A stretch of DNA of 64,000 nucleotides. It comes from Balanoglossus misakiensis. Lineage: Eukaryota; Animalia; Hemichordata. Positions 50,922-62,162 of the stretch are shown here, piece after piece. The position numbers and the translations under genes were made by a program. The notes beneath the pieces are model-generated. The model saw only the letters and a program-made list of their open reading frames with translations, searched no databases and had not been told where the DNA came from. Each line of letters opens with the position of its first letter. Position 1 is the first letter of the stretch. The stretch covers positions 8,251,403 through 8,315,402 of the forward strand of contig CM082587.2 in assembly GCA_040954595.2 (NCBI GenBank), written 5' to 3'.

Positions 50922-51249
50922 GTAAGTCACTTCCTAGTCACAATATCCTCGCTCCAAACGCAAATTGTGGAACAGTTAGAATATCTGATTAAACGTGAGA
51001 GTGATTTAGCGAGATGATAACCGTAAAAACGATCCTTCACGCTATGCGGAAGTGTGTTCTCTGTCAACAGGTCAAATTTGACTGGCGTATGTAGGGATTT
51101 TTGTTTATTACACAAAATCTCAGTGTAAAATACATAATCATTGGATTTTTAGCATTCGATCCAGTTACTGTACGACTAGTGTGGTGGCCTATGGCCGATT
51201 GGTGGGTAAATTTTCATTTATATATGATTGAAAATTTTGTGTATTGCAG

Positions 51250-51414
51250 TTATGTGTGTGATGACTATGTACTCAATGACAACAGTGCGGGGGACATCAA
51301 ACTGTTGCGTACCACTCTCAGTGCCATAGCAACACAGAATTTTGATGAAAGAACTACAAGAAGTGGTCGTGTATTGAGGCCTGTTGTTTCCTATCCGGAC
51401 ACAGGTGGCAGCAA
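51250..51414 (+). CDS. USP44: USP44/49 coding exon 3
   Basis: ttgcag|[43 protein letters not shown]...|gtaagt; phase 2 to 2. Confidence 0.93.
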
Positions 51415-51880
51415 GTAAGTACACAATGGTAAAAGCAACACTGCTGAGTTGGGTAGGCATTTCTTGACTTTATTCACAGAAATATTTTTAGCTTGAACGT
51501 CAATGAAGAGAGCTATTACTAACTGCATTATAAAGTGGCATGATTTGTTGTGAAAATCTGAAAATGATACAATACCTGTAACTGTGCATATAGTAACTAA
51601 TTAAACAGCATCTTCAGTGATGTAACTTTATTCTAAAATCTATACTCATTGGCTGGTGGCCTATAGTGTTTCCACTGCTGGCCGTTTGCCAGATACTGAA
51701 TTGGCCAATCAAATTGTAGATTTATTCGGGTCTGTTGGCTATAGTATAACTGGCCAATCAGTTTTGTGGTAAATTGGCCAGAATGGCTAACCATGAAAAT
51801 TAGCCAGAGGAAATAATGCAGTGAATAAAAATATATATATATATATTTGTTGTACAACAGAACCTTGTATTGTTTTGCAG

Positions 51881-52270
51881 AGCTACACAGAGACAGCTGC
51901 AGATGGAAGATAAGGCCTATACTGCAATCTACCACAGAAGACATGTGCTCATGAAAAAAGTATTTACAGCCTGGCGAAATCTGACCGAGAGTGGACAGAA
52001 GAGACTACAAGAGGAGGAGGCAGAGGTACCAGTGAAGAGAGTGACTATAGTGTCTCACAAAGAGACAACTCGCACACGGACCTTAGAATCTAAAAGAGCA
52101 AGTAAGAGCGGGATACTTTTGTACAGTAAGAAACGGAGGAGCAGCAGTTCGCTTGATGAACTTTCCACAATGACTACCAAGCGGAAATGGACTTCAATCA
52201 CTCCGGGTGTAACCGGTCTGCGAAACCTTGGCAACACGTGCTACATGAACGCTATATTACAAGTGCTTGG
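51881..52270 (+). CDS. USP44: USP44/49 coding exon 4 (centrin-binding-like segment and catalytic Cys box)
   Basis: tttgcag|...[15 protein letters not shown]...[23 protein letters not shown]|gtgagt; phase 2 to 2. Confidence 0.95.
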
Positions 52271-55200
52271 GTGAGTATTGTATGGTTTGTCAGATTTTAC
52301 AGCTGTTTGTCTGATGCTTGAATGATAGTTGAGTGGAATCGACATGGGCACAGTCCTTCACATTCACAATGCTAAGAACTAAGTTGTTCTCTCGTACATA
52401 CTGTAACCAGAATGCCATAATTTTCAATTTCACAACCAGGCATCCTCATTTAATTCTCTCAAGCTGTGTTGTGCAACGTAACACAAAAGTTAGCTGGCCA
52501 CTGGCTGACATACAATACTCACAGTAGCTACTGTGTACATTGTCCTCTTTACCCAGTGTCATGGGCCAGTTTAACAAGAGTTGAGTATGCATGGTCCAGG
52601 GCCAGGTAGCTGTAACATGTGAGAAGTGAGATCTTCTGTGTGTTTTGGGGCGATTTCTGAGAGGGACTACAATCTACGTGTTCCACACGCTCAATCCAGT
52701 TTCCATCTACATGTACCTTCAGCTAAAAGCAGGAAAGTACCAGGGCTGTGATTGGTTGCCCACCTAAAATATGTATTCATTTGAAATATTTAAATCAGCT
52801 GGAAAAGTGCTCACATCAATATGCTTGCTGGGTTGTTTTGCTAAGCTTTTGTTGGATTAGATGGACATTATGGATAGATTTTTATGAGCGGCCTGAGTAC
52901 ATATCCCCACGGTCACATTTTGAACCGGTGCCTTCAGTGTCTCATAAACGGACGAGGATTTGCTTTCTGATTGGATCAACTCCATAAAAGTGTAACTAGT
53001 TCAGTTCATGGATGATGGAACAATTCATGATTTGACTGGATATACCCAGTGTGTATTACTGTGTACAAATAGTCTAGTAGATACGCTAATAAGTATAAAT
53101 TGAAAATGTACAAGACATTTGCAAACACAATTATGAAGCAATTAGATTGATCGGGCTACCTGTGCCAACCCTAGCAATCTGCTTGAGACAGTAAGCATCG
53201 AAAGTATAACACAACCAGATTTTCTAGTATAATCTTTCTTATAATAATACTGTATTATACTGTAACTCAGTGATTGCCATTGTTTTTAGAATAGAGCACT
53301 GAGAAGATTATATTAGCAGTATAAAAAAAGAAAATTTTAAGTCTTGTAAACATAGTTTTAAATATTTGGATAAAACATGAAAGTGTAATCAGTAAGAATA
53401 GAAGTACATACTGGGAATGTTTGAGGACATGACTGATACTGAGATGCTATCAATTCTTTGATTAGAATAAATACAAGCAGGAGGCTTTTAGGTCTAGAGT
53501 GACATCCTTTTAGACCAGTGTGATGGAATCTTGTTATAGAAGCGATATCCCTGTGGAACTACATTGCCATTCAAAATATTTGCATTCAGCCCTTTATAGG
53601 CGATCGTATTTACCAGATTATACTTGACGTGTAATCTACACTATTTATTTTGGAGTGATGAGACTCTGGATAAATACTACCATAGTTACACACAAAAATT
53701 AACCTCATTGAAGTGAACAAATACACCCAGAGATCAGTCACTTGTCTAGGCACTTTTGTGTATCATACCAATTACATCCATTGCACAGTTTAAAATTAGA
53801 ATGCAATTTTATTGGATTTTTGTCTAGTCCCATAAAGTCTATGTTTGGCTTTAGTGATGACAACAACTGACCATATTGGATATGGTCAGCTGTTGGATGA
53901 GTTAAAATAAGTTACTAGCTGTGACTGTTGTCCACTCTTGTTTCGTGTCTAAGCTCTTCTACAGCATTTCAATAAGAATGTGCTACCGTATGATTTAACA
54001 GTTATCTTGTAGTACACATGTACTACTGTTTTTCCCGCATCATTCTATAAATAGATTCCGTTCTGGCATCAACATCAAAGTGCACAGGTCTCAACTGTGT
54101 TCCGGAGGTCATAAATATTAATGAAGCTGTGGAAAGTAATGATTGATGCGGCACCTTTTATGTCTGATGAGAATCCTGTGTGTCTTTTATGGATGTCATC
54201 GGGAAGTATCAAATTTGCAATAGAGGTGCGAGAATTGGCAAACATTCCAGAAAATCAGCCCCATAACTCACTCTCATTTACAGTTTCCATTACCTGCTAT
54301 TTGCATGCGGGTCTGATAACAATATTCCCATGGCTCAAATGCACACACCTATTTCCTGTTGGTTTTTTTATACACACAAGTGTTGGTGATGCGTGTGGAC
54401 ACTTGGCATTATACATTGTCTTGAGATCTATTCAAAGAAATGCAGATGATAACCAACATGGACTTAACCTGGCTTGCAGCTGGCATTGAAACAGCACACT
54501 TCATGTTGTACATCAACAAAACTCTCAGTCATTTGATCCTATATTGCATTACGGTGCATACATTGTAAACTTCATAGCATTATCAGCAGTAAATTTACAA
54601 TTACCCATTAAAATTTACACTGATCAACTTTGTATTTCCAACTCTTATTTCTTTTGATACACACAAAAGAACTATGGTATATATGGTATTATTAATGTGA
54701 TGTTTTTAGTGTCTGCTGAGGGTGAGGGCTGTGTGCAGGCCATTATAGAATAGTGGGCCATACAAGTTTTGAAAGCAATATGGCGGCGAGTGTGCTGGCG
54801 CCCTCTGCGGCCAATGTGAGATTTCATTCAGGGCGTGTTTGACATTGGGTAAAGTAGTTTCTTACATTGTTCAACTATTTCTATGGATGGAAACGTGATA
54901 AAAATACTTAAGGAACAATGCAAAAACAAGTTTTAATGAGTTGTCTCTTACATGTAGTTACTATTTAGCATAAAAATTGCTATTAAATAGTAAACTATTT
55001 AGTGTATCAATACTATCTAAAAAACGAGTTTGTGATTGCTAAACACTTGTTTTCACACCCTCATCTCTCTCTCTCTCTCCACAGAATGTATGCATGTGTT
55101 ATGGTACATATTCTTCAATGATTCACAGCAAGATTACTTAATAATAAATTTATTTCTTAATTAGCGCATTACAGAATTCATCTCATTTCATTTCATATTT

Positions 55201-56920
55201 GATAAAAAGAAAGCTTACTGGAAGAGGTTAAAGTATTTTCTTACTCCCACAGGAAAATGTAGCATATGTCAGTAAAAAAGTGAACATCAAGTATATCAGG
55301 ACCACATTTTGAACGGTCACGTTTTAAACATTCTGCCTTTGGATATAAATCACTGTGCTGGCATATAGTGAGATTGGTTACACTACTGCTATTCAGACTA
55401 TCAGACCCAGTTTCCTATGGGCATGCTGGTGTTTCACAGCAACTTCACTGCCATAGTATGGTAGTGACAGGATGAATGATTTAATTTTAAGAGCATCTGC
55501 AAAGACAAGTAACTCTTGATGATTCTGAGACATGTTTTACATTTTGAGGGCACGTCTTTTCAAATGCCTGTTGGCTTTTTTTTTATAGGTGTGGATACTT
55601 TTTTTCTGAACATGTGGCATGCTTCTTTTGTGTTACCTGTAGTAAATGTTTCTGCAACATGACTTTTTCGCCACTTTAGTTCTAATTTTGTTGACATCAT
55701 TTTTGTTTGGAAGTTTGTGGCTTACTATTATACTTCCTTTGTGAGTTAGAAGTCTTTCACGGTTAACTTCAGGACATTTGAAAGTGTACCCTTATCTTCT
55801 GGCTTCCTGTTTCCACCATTTTGACGCAGTTACCTTTGTCCTTACAGAAACCTGTACTATAGATTTATACGATTGAGTCATGTGTCTCTCATTGCAGTGC
55901 TTTACTTGATTAATTCCATGTGATAAACCTTCCTGGAGAGCTGTCAGCATTTTTTCATCACACCTTCATTCACAATGAAATCTTTCTTCTCTAGGATTTT
56001 CTGTGTTCTTGGTTAACTGTATGCTAGCCTTTCAATGACATTTGTCATTTTGCAGGTGACTTTGGCATCACCTTTATTTTTAAATTTTCTTTCACAATTC
56101 TGGTAGCCAGGACTTCAAACTCTCTAAACTCTCTGGATTCTCTGAACTGAGGCATTTTATTTTGTGGTAGATGACTGATGCAGTGGTTGAGTTTGTTCAG
56201 GTCCTTTATTAGGTTTGACTACTTTACAAATGTCATGGTCATGATATACTGGCCATGAAAATTTGCAGTGCTGCACATGTTCAGTCAACTCTTCCAGTGG
56301 CATATGAGAGGTGTTAATTTCCGTGACATTTTCTCAAGTGGCGAAATTGATTAAATATTGATGATTTTCAATTATGTGAAAGCCATAAGTAACATCCTTG
56401 AGGCAGAATTTTGAATATTATTCTTCACTTCTCAAGCAAGGTATCATTCTTCTTACGGTGTCTTCTAACAACGTTCATGTGAACCACATTGCCATCTAAG
56501 CCCTTATGATGCACCACTTACTCAACAAACTCACTGGTGACTCAAGAAAATTATCCAAACTACATGCAAAGGTATAGGGCTGACTCAGAGAATTTTTTTT
56601 TTGAATCCTCCAATTGGCTCAAAGCTTCTAAAATTATGTTTGTTAGAGGGTACACAGACAAACAGGTATTTTAATTTAGTTATGTGTGTGAAATGAGAGA
56701 GTAGTGTGAACATGTAGACAGGCCAAGAGGTTTGCATAATGATAGTCTACAAGCAGACTGTAGTATGTGACCCGAACCAAAGATCAGGGAATTGTACACA
56801 ATAGTAGCCACATGAGGTTACTAGACAGAGAGGTCTGGAGGCAAGTTTCTATCACAAACCATGGCCTCAATTAGGAACTTTACAGCATTTTAATAAGATT
56901 TGGTCTCTCTGTTTGTTTAG

Positions 56921-57062
56921 CCATATAGATAAGTTCCGGGACTACTTTCTCAACCTGGATATGCCGGCCATTGAGGAGAGTCCACCACAGAGGGATAACG
57001 AAAGAAACAATAATGGAAAACATAAATATTTATCAAGACAAACAACGGTAGAATGTTACAAG
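56921..57062 (+). CDS. USP44: USP44/49 coding exon 5
   Basis: tgtttag|HIDKFRDYFLNLDMP...RQTTVECYK|gtaatg; phase 2 to 0; resembles USP44 SHLLIFRQCFLKLD. Confidence 0.88.
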
Positions 57063-57424
57063 GTAATGAATCAGAGTTTCCTATAAAAAAAGCTAAATTG
57101 TTATATTTTTTTATTGTAGCAAAAATATTATAAGCAAATCAAAGTTTGCCTAGATGTTGTGAACATAAAATCTCTGAAAAACATATTAGGTATCTATGTC
57201 TGAGAGCTTGATTTTAGCATCTACCCCCGGTACCCATTGCAAAGGTTCTATCTTGTCAAAAGACACTTCATGTGTGTGTGGCCATGTATGACAATTGCCA
57301 ATATTGCAGTTTACATAAAGACATGTGGGACCAGAAAGCCCATGACCAAGCCTTTATCAGCATTGGAAAGTCAGTGTACATTGATGTACTACTATCTCTA
57401 AGGATTTATTATTGATGATCGCAG

Positions 57425-57561
57425 GAGGTTGAAACTCCAAGAAACAAGAGGAATGCAGGCACTTCAAGAAGTCAGTCCAAGAATGGAGGGCTCAGCGGAG
57501 GGGCATCCAATTCAAATGAAAATTGGAAATATACAGATCCCAAGTCCTTGAAAAGAAATGT
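57425..57561 (+). CDS. USP44: USP44/49 coding exon 6
   Basis: cgcag|EVETPRNKRNAGTSRSQSKNGGLSGGASNSNENWKYTDPKSLKRN|gtaagt; GLSGGAS is also in USP44; phase 0 to 2. Confidence 0.85.
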
Positions 57562-58098
57562 GTAAGTATTACAATGTACACTGCAGGGTTTGGAGAGATT
57601 CCCTGAAATATTCCTAGAAAACCTGTCCCTGGAATTGAAATATATTCCTGGAAAATCTTTGAAGTTCTGAAAAATGAAATATCAAGTTCCATTACGAGTA
57701 AATATGTGAAATTAATGGCCTCTGGTAGTACACTCTATCTCATCTCTGAAAATGGTGCTGTGGCCTGAAAAAGCTATGATAAACAACTGAAAACTCTCAG
57801 AATTTTGAGGTGTATTTCTGTCTTTACTCTTTATGATTGTTTCATACATGTTTGATGTATAAACATGTGTACCCACAAGCAGTTTTCAAAACCAAAAGTG
57901 AGTCTTTCACAGTTGATGTATCTGCAAACGTCCACAACCACCACACATGTACAATGTGCAAAGATATAGGGCTGACGTGTACAATTGTACATGTACATTC
58001 AAAGAAATCTTAGTTCACACAGACCAGAAATCATTGCAGAACAGTGGATGTTTGCAGAGTGTTTTGGTTAGAGAGAATGTGCAACACCAGTTGTTAGT

Positions 58099-58310
58099 GA
58101 CTGTAAAACACTTTACTTTCGCAAGCGATAAATTTTTGTGATATACGCGAGAGCCAAAATAGCGTGAACATAAAAAGTCGCATAATTTTTTTTTGAAGAT
58201 AACGATGCAGTGAATGAATTTAGAAAACGCGAAAATTAATACTCGCAAAACAGTGGCCTCTCTCGATATTGGGAAAATTTCAACTCGCGAAAATGAAGTG
58301 TTTTACAGTA
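58099..58310. mobile_element. MITE family A copy in a USP44/49 intron
   Basis: CTGTAAAACACTTTACTTTCGC ... GCGAAAATGAAGTGTTTTACAGTA. Confidence 0.75.
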
Positions 58311-58360
58311 GTGAAATCTAAAAGAACTGACTGTCAATTTGTATCCATGTTTATACACAG

Positions 58361-58510
58361 ATCACTTTGTCACGAGTTACACGCTTTGTTCCGGGTAATG
58401 TGGTCTGGCAAATGGGCCATCGTCTCGCCACACGCAATACTCAGCTCAATCTGGAGACTTATTCCATCCTTCAAGGGTTACTCTCAACAAGACGCACAAG
58501 AATTTCTCTG
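58361..58510 (+). CDS. USP44: USP44/49 coding exon 7
   Basis: acacag|[49 protein letters not shown]|gtaagt; phase 2 to 2. Confidence 0.95.
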
Positions 58511-58614
58511 GTAAGTTTATCTGGGTGAAGGTTTGTCATTGTCAATGTTGTGAAACTACTCTGCATTTTGTTAGTAGTTGGACTGGGTTATATCTTTCCT
58601 GTGAATGGTTGGAT

Positions 58615-58811
58615 TACTGTAAAACAGGTTATTTTCACAACAGGAAATTTTCCCGATATCAAAGGAGGATTAATTTTCGCATTCTTGTCTTTCACTAACT
58701 ACATCATTATCTCAGAAAAAAACTTTTTACGCGACTTTATTTTAACATTTGTTTGGCTCTCATGTATTTCTCGAAAATTTATTGCTCGCGAAAATAACCC
58801 GTTTTACAGTA
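58615..58811. mobile_element. MITE family A copy in a USP44/49 intron
   Basis: TACTGTAAAACAGGTTATTTTC ... GAAAATAACCCGTTTTACAGTA. Confidence 0.8.
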
Positions 58812-58886
58812 TAAGTACATGTACCTCTAGTAGTTTGACTGTAAGAAAGTTTTACAAGATGTTGTTTTTCACTTTTTCTCTTACAG

Positions 58887-59090
58887 TGAATTGTTGGACA
58901 AAGTGAACTCGGAACTCCACTTTGTAGTGTCCTCCACAATGTTCAGTCATACAGATCCTATGCTTCCAAGTCATATCATTAGTAGCAGTTTTCAAGGGGA
59001 ACTAGTCAGTCAAGTCACCTGTCTTCAATGCAACAATAAATCAAACACATATGAACCATTCTGGGATCTTTCATTGGAATTCCCACAACG
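58887..59090 (+). CDS. USP44: USP44/49 coding exon 8
   Basis: ttacag|ELLDKVNSEL...FQGELVSQVTCLQCNNKSNTYEPFWDLSLEFPQ|gtaagt; phase 2 to 2. Confidence 0.95.
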
Positions 59091-59406
59091 GTAAGTGCAC
59101 CCTTTTGATCTGCTACAATTAAAGCCCCAGTACGCCCTTCACGATGTTTTGGCTCTCTCAATGTTCGCAAAAATTTCCCATTTGACAGTAATTATATAGG
59201 ATAAGAATTCTTTGGTGAGATTTTTTTCATAAAAGTCAATTATTCCCCCACCATGATACAGGGACCAGTGCCTGTAGTCAAACAAAACCATTTCTGCTGA
59301 GCATAACAATGAGTGTACACTGTATGAGTAATCCACAATCTGTTAGTGGGTTTTATTCTTGTGAAATGGCTTGACAGCACAGTTTTTGTGTGTGTTTTAT
59401 TTTCAG

Positions 59407-59459
59407 ATACCAGTGTGGAAAGGGAACAGAATTGTCAACAGAAAGCTGCCATACTGTTG
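59407..59459 (+). CDS. USP44: USP44/49 coding exon 9 (53 bp)
   Basis: tttcag|YQCGKGTELSTESCHTV|gtaggt; resembles USP44 RYQCSGK...PCLV; phase 2 to 1 reconciles the neighbouring exons. Confidence 0.88.
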
Positions 59460-60113
59460 GTAGGTTTTGACAGTGTTGTATGTAACTAGGTAGTCATTCT
59501 TTAAAGGACTATAACCATCCCATATAATTACCTTTATGCGGTACCGTAGCCAACAACAATTTTGAAAGAAGAATAATCATGACAAAAATTCAATATCACT
59601 GACTTTTAATATCACTGAGTCTTAATACCAATTTGTCAACATGTCTGAGCTAAAGTACTATCCAGTCCCTCCCTGTACACAAGTTCAGGGGATGTTTTGA
59701 AGCATGACAGTGATCTGTTCTATTTTGCATGCATATCTAAATTGTTGTTTGTTAGGCTGGGAAAGTCTGTGTGTGCGCGTGTGAATTTAGTAATTGAGCA
59801 AAAACATTGAAGTGAACACACTCATTGTCAAGTTTGCCACAATCTATCAAATAAAGTAAAAGAAGCCAGACTGATTATTGATTGCCAATACTGGTTGCCT
59901 TTGGCAGATAACAGACCCATGACATGGTTTACAAAAACTCTCAACAGAGACTGTTCATGGCATTGATTGCCCCCAAGGCAAAACTGTCTAGCTTTATCAG
60001 TATTTTCTCCCAAGACAATTACAAGTGTTTTCATCTGTAATGTCCCTGTTGTCAACTTAGAAATGGTAAATCTTGTTGATGAGGGATGCTAATGATTGTT
60101 TTCCATTTGACAG

Positions 60114-60291
60114 AAATGCTAGCAACATTTACAGAAGTTGAGAAGTTAGAGGGCAAAGTGTACGAGTGTGAGGAATGCAACAAGAAGAGGAGATGTGTGT
60201 CAAGCAAACCGGTCATTCGATGTGAAGCCAGCAAACAGCTACTTATAACCAAATTACCTCAAGTGTTAAGACTCCACCTCAAGAGATTTAG
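60114..60291 (+). CDS. USP44: USP44/49 coding exon 10
   Basis: tgacag|[27 protein letters not shown]...[12 protein letters not shown]|gtcagt; phase 1 to 2. Confidence 0.95.
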
Positions 60292-60567
60292 GTCAGTAAC
60301 TTGGAGTTTGGATGAAAAGTTTTCTTGCAATTTTGAGAATTTTTCTATCTGTCGCAGGTCGTGTAGCCCCACAGAATGCACTGGTGCCAAACACGCTGGT
60401 TTCAATTTTTTTTTTCATATTTTCTGTAGAAAGGTACAGTTTGAAGTGAGCACCCCAAATTGTCACTTTCAAAAAGGTTCGGGAATTGAACAATGGATGT
60501 GAGAAAAAGAGTAACATGACTGTCTTTTGCATAATATGACATTCTTTTTGGGTACCAAAACACCATC

Positions 60568-60765
60568 TTAAAAGGACAAAGTCTCTCTCGCTGCCCTTTT
60601 TCCATTAATTATGTTTGATACAAGACACTGTTTATGTTATTCTACATTTGGATATATAGTGAATCAACGTTCAACCACACACAACTTCCATCCCGTTTGT
60701 AGGATATGACAATAAAAATCTCACCAAAATGAATAAATGGTATACACCGATTATTCTGTGTGTCA
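60568..60765 (+). mobile_element. Repeat family G copy
   Basis: Similar to 8376-8575 (GGACAAAGT..TCTCTCGCT..CCCTTTTCC..TGTTTGATACAAGACA..CAACCACACACAACTTCCATCCCG). Confidence 0.65.
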
Positions 60766-60804
60766 AATGAACGAGTTACTACGAGCCAGCATCCTTGTGT
60801 TCTA

Positions 60805-60819
60805 CCACTAGAGGGCGCC
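60805..60819 (+). promoter_or_regulatory. CTCF consensus motif
   Basis: CCACTAGAGGGCGCC matches the CTCF core CCACNAGRKGGCRS; binding is not demonstrated. Confidence 0.45.
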
Positions 60820-60981
60820 CTCATTGTAATACTGTGCTTTCTCTGGGTGTTTATAGGAAAGGATAGATCTCCAACTGCAAAGCTGATGGGAATTAGAATT
60901 ATCTTGCATATCCATGAATGATCAGTTAATTTTAAGGATGCACGTAATAATGCTTAAATTTTGTGTTCCTTGTTTCTTCAG

Positions 60982-61134
60982 ATGGTCAGGTCGAATGCAT
61001 CGAGAGAAAATCAACGTGCATGTGGACTTTGACCAAGAGTTAGACATGAAATATTACTGTTCACCCACAGTGGATTGTAGCAATGGCGCCAATATTTATC
61101 AGCTAGCAGCAGTTGTCATCCACCATGGCAGAGG
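60982..61134 (+). CDS. USP44: USP44/49 coding exon 11
   Basis: cttcag|[26 protein letters not shown]...[12 protein letters not shown]|gtgagt; phase 2 to 2. Confidence 0.95.
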
Positions 61135-61620
61135 GTGAGTCATATCTACAACACTGTGCTTTCTGAAATAACGAGGAAAAATGGATTTCTGTAATGCCTT
61201 GACTCAGGGAAGAACTATTTGGAAATGCCCCCTTGTTTCCACAGTGTGAAGTTGTCATGGAGAATTTTTTAGTGTGTTAGGCATAGTTCTCAAGTAGGAA
61301 CTGGATAAAACAATGCATACCTTGTCAAGTTGCACTCTAGTCTAAACAGAATCCATATTTTTTTTTGCACGTACATGTATTTTTAACTCAGTCATGCATA
61401 AAAAGCAGGAATCAGTGCAACTGGAATTTCAGATCATATTTTGGATAAATAATGAATATCTAAAATAAGCATTGAGTGATGTGATTGGTAACCATTCTGC
61501 AGTTTGTCATCAACAGAACTCCTTGATCAACGGATCAATACTGAGCACTGCTAAACAATGCAGTGGCTACATGTATATATGACCACTTTTTTTACAATTT
61601 TTTCCTCCTTTAAATTCTAG

Positions 61621-61667
61621 ATTTGGTTCAGGTCATTACACTGCATATTGCTGGAATGCAGAGGGAG
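61621..61667 (+). CDS. USP44: USP44/49 coding exon 12 (catalytic His)
   Basis: ttctag|FGSGHYTAYCWNAEG|gtgaga; phase 2 to 1. Confidence 0.93.
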
Positions 61668-61836
61668 GTGAGATTAAATTTCATTTTATTCAATGTCTTT
61701 TGTGAACTAGTATTGTGAATCCTTGGTTAGGTACTTGGTGTCTGTGGCATTTTCAAAGGCAACTTACTGTGATCATACCTAGCTTTTTATTTCAAATCAT
61801 CAAATGATAATTCATTGGTTTATGTTTATTATTCAG

Positions 61837-62033
61837 GTTTCTGGGTACACTGCAATGATTCCAGACTTGATCTCTGCTCCATTGAAGACGTGACAGCATG
61901 TCAAGCCTACATCTTGGTCTACACTCAGAAGAAAGTCTTGTCCACAACAGGCCTCAGTGATCACAATCAGACGCAGACGCAGACTGACATCAAAGAACAA
62001 CAGTTGGAAGAAGCACAAGTTTCACCGAGCTAG
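61837..62033 (+). CDS. USP44: USP44/49 coding exon 13 (catalytic Asn/Asp; stop TAG 62031-62033)
   Basis: attcag|FWVHCNDSRLDLCSIEDVTACQAYILVYTQ...VSPS*; the tail after YTQ is less certain. Confidence 0.88.
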
Positions 62034-62068
62034 TTTTTTTTTTTTTAATAACCACCCTAATAAGGAAA

Positions 62069-62162
62069 TTAAACCCTTTCACCACCATGGTTCAGTCCAA
62101 ACCCATTGTTTTCTGTGGTAAGGTTGGACCTATGACGAGGGAACTGGGGGTGAAAGGGTTAA
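62069..62162. mobile_element. MITE family F (piggyBac-like) in the presumed 3' UTR
   Basis: TTAAACCCTTTCACC ... GGTGAAAGGGTTAA: CCC/GGG TIR with TTAA ends. Confidence 0.75.

Larger units (their letters stand above)
50014..62033 (+). other. USP44: USP44/USP49-like ubiquitin carboxyl-terminal hydrolase gene; 13 coding exons, 2043 nt CDS, about 680 aa
   Basis: ZnF-UBP N-terminus, Cys box [30 protein letters not shown], His box HHGRGFGSGHYTAY and WVHCND; all introns GT-AG with matching phases. USP44 versus USP49 cannot be resolved; probably a single pro-ortholog. Confidence 0.93.

Noticed and set aside
53861-53895. Small hairpin CAACAACTGACCATAT-TGG-ATATGGTCAGCTGTTG
   Set aside because: Too short for a pre-miRNA and without a TSD; probably a local inverted duplication.
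60292-60502. ORF extension beyond LHLKRF (RSVTWSLD...)
   Set aside because: Homology resumes at 60982 (RWSGR) after the AG|gtcagt donor; the extension is intronic.
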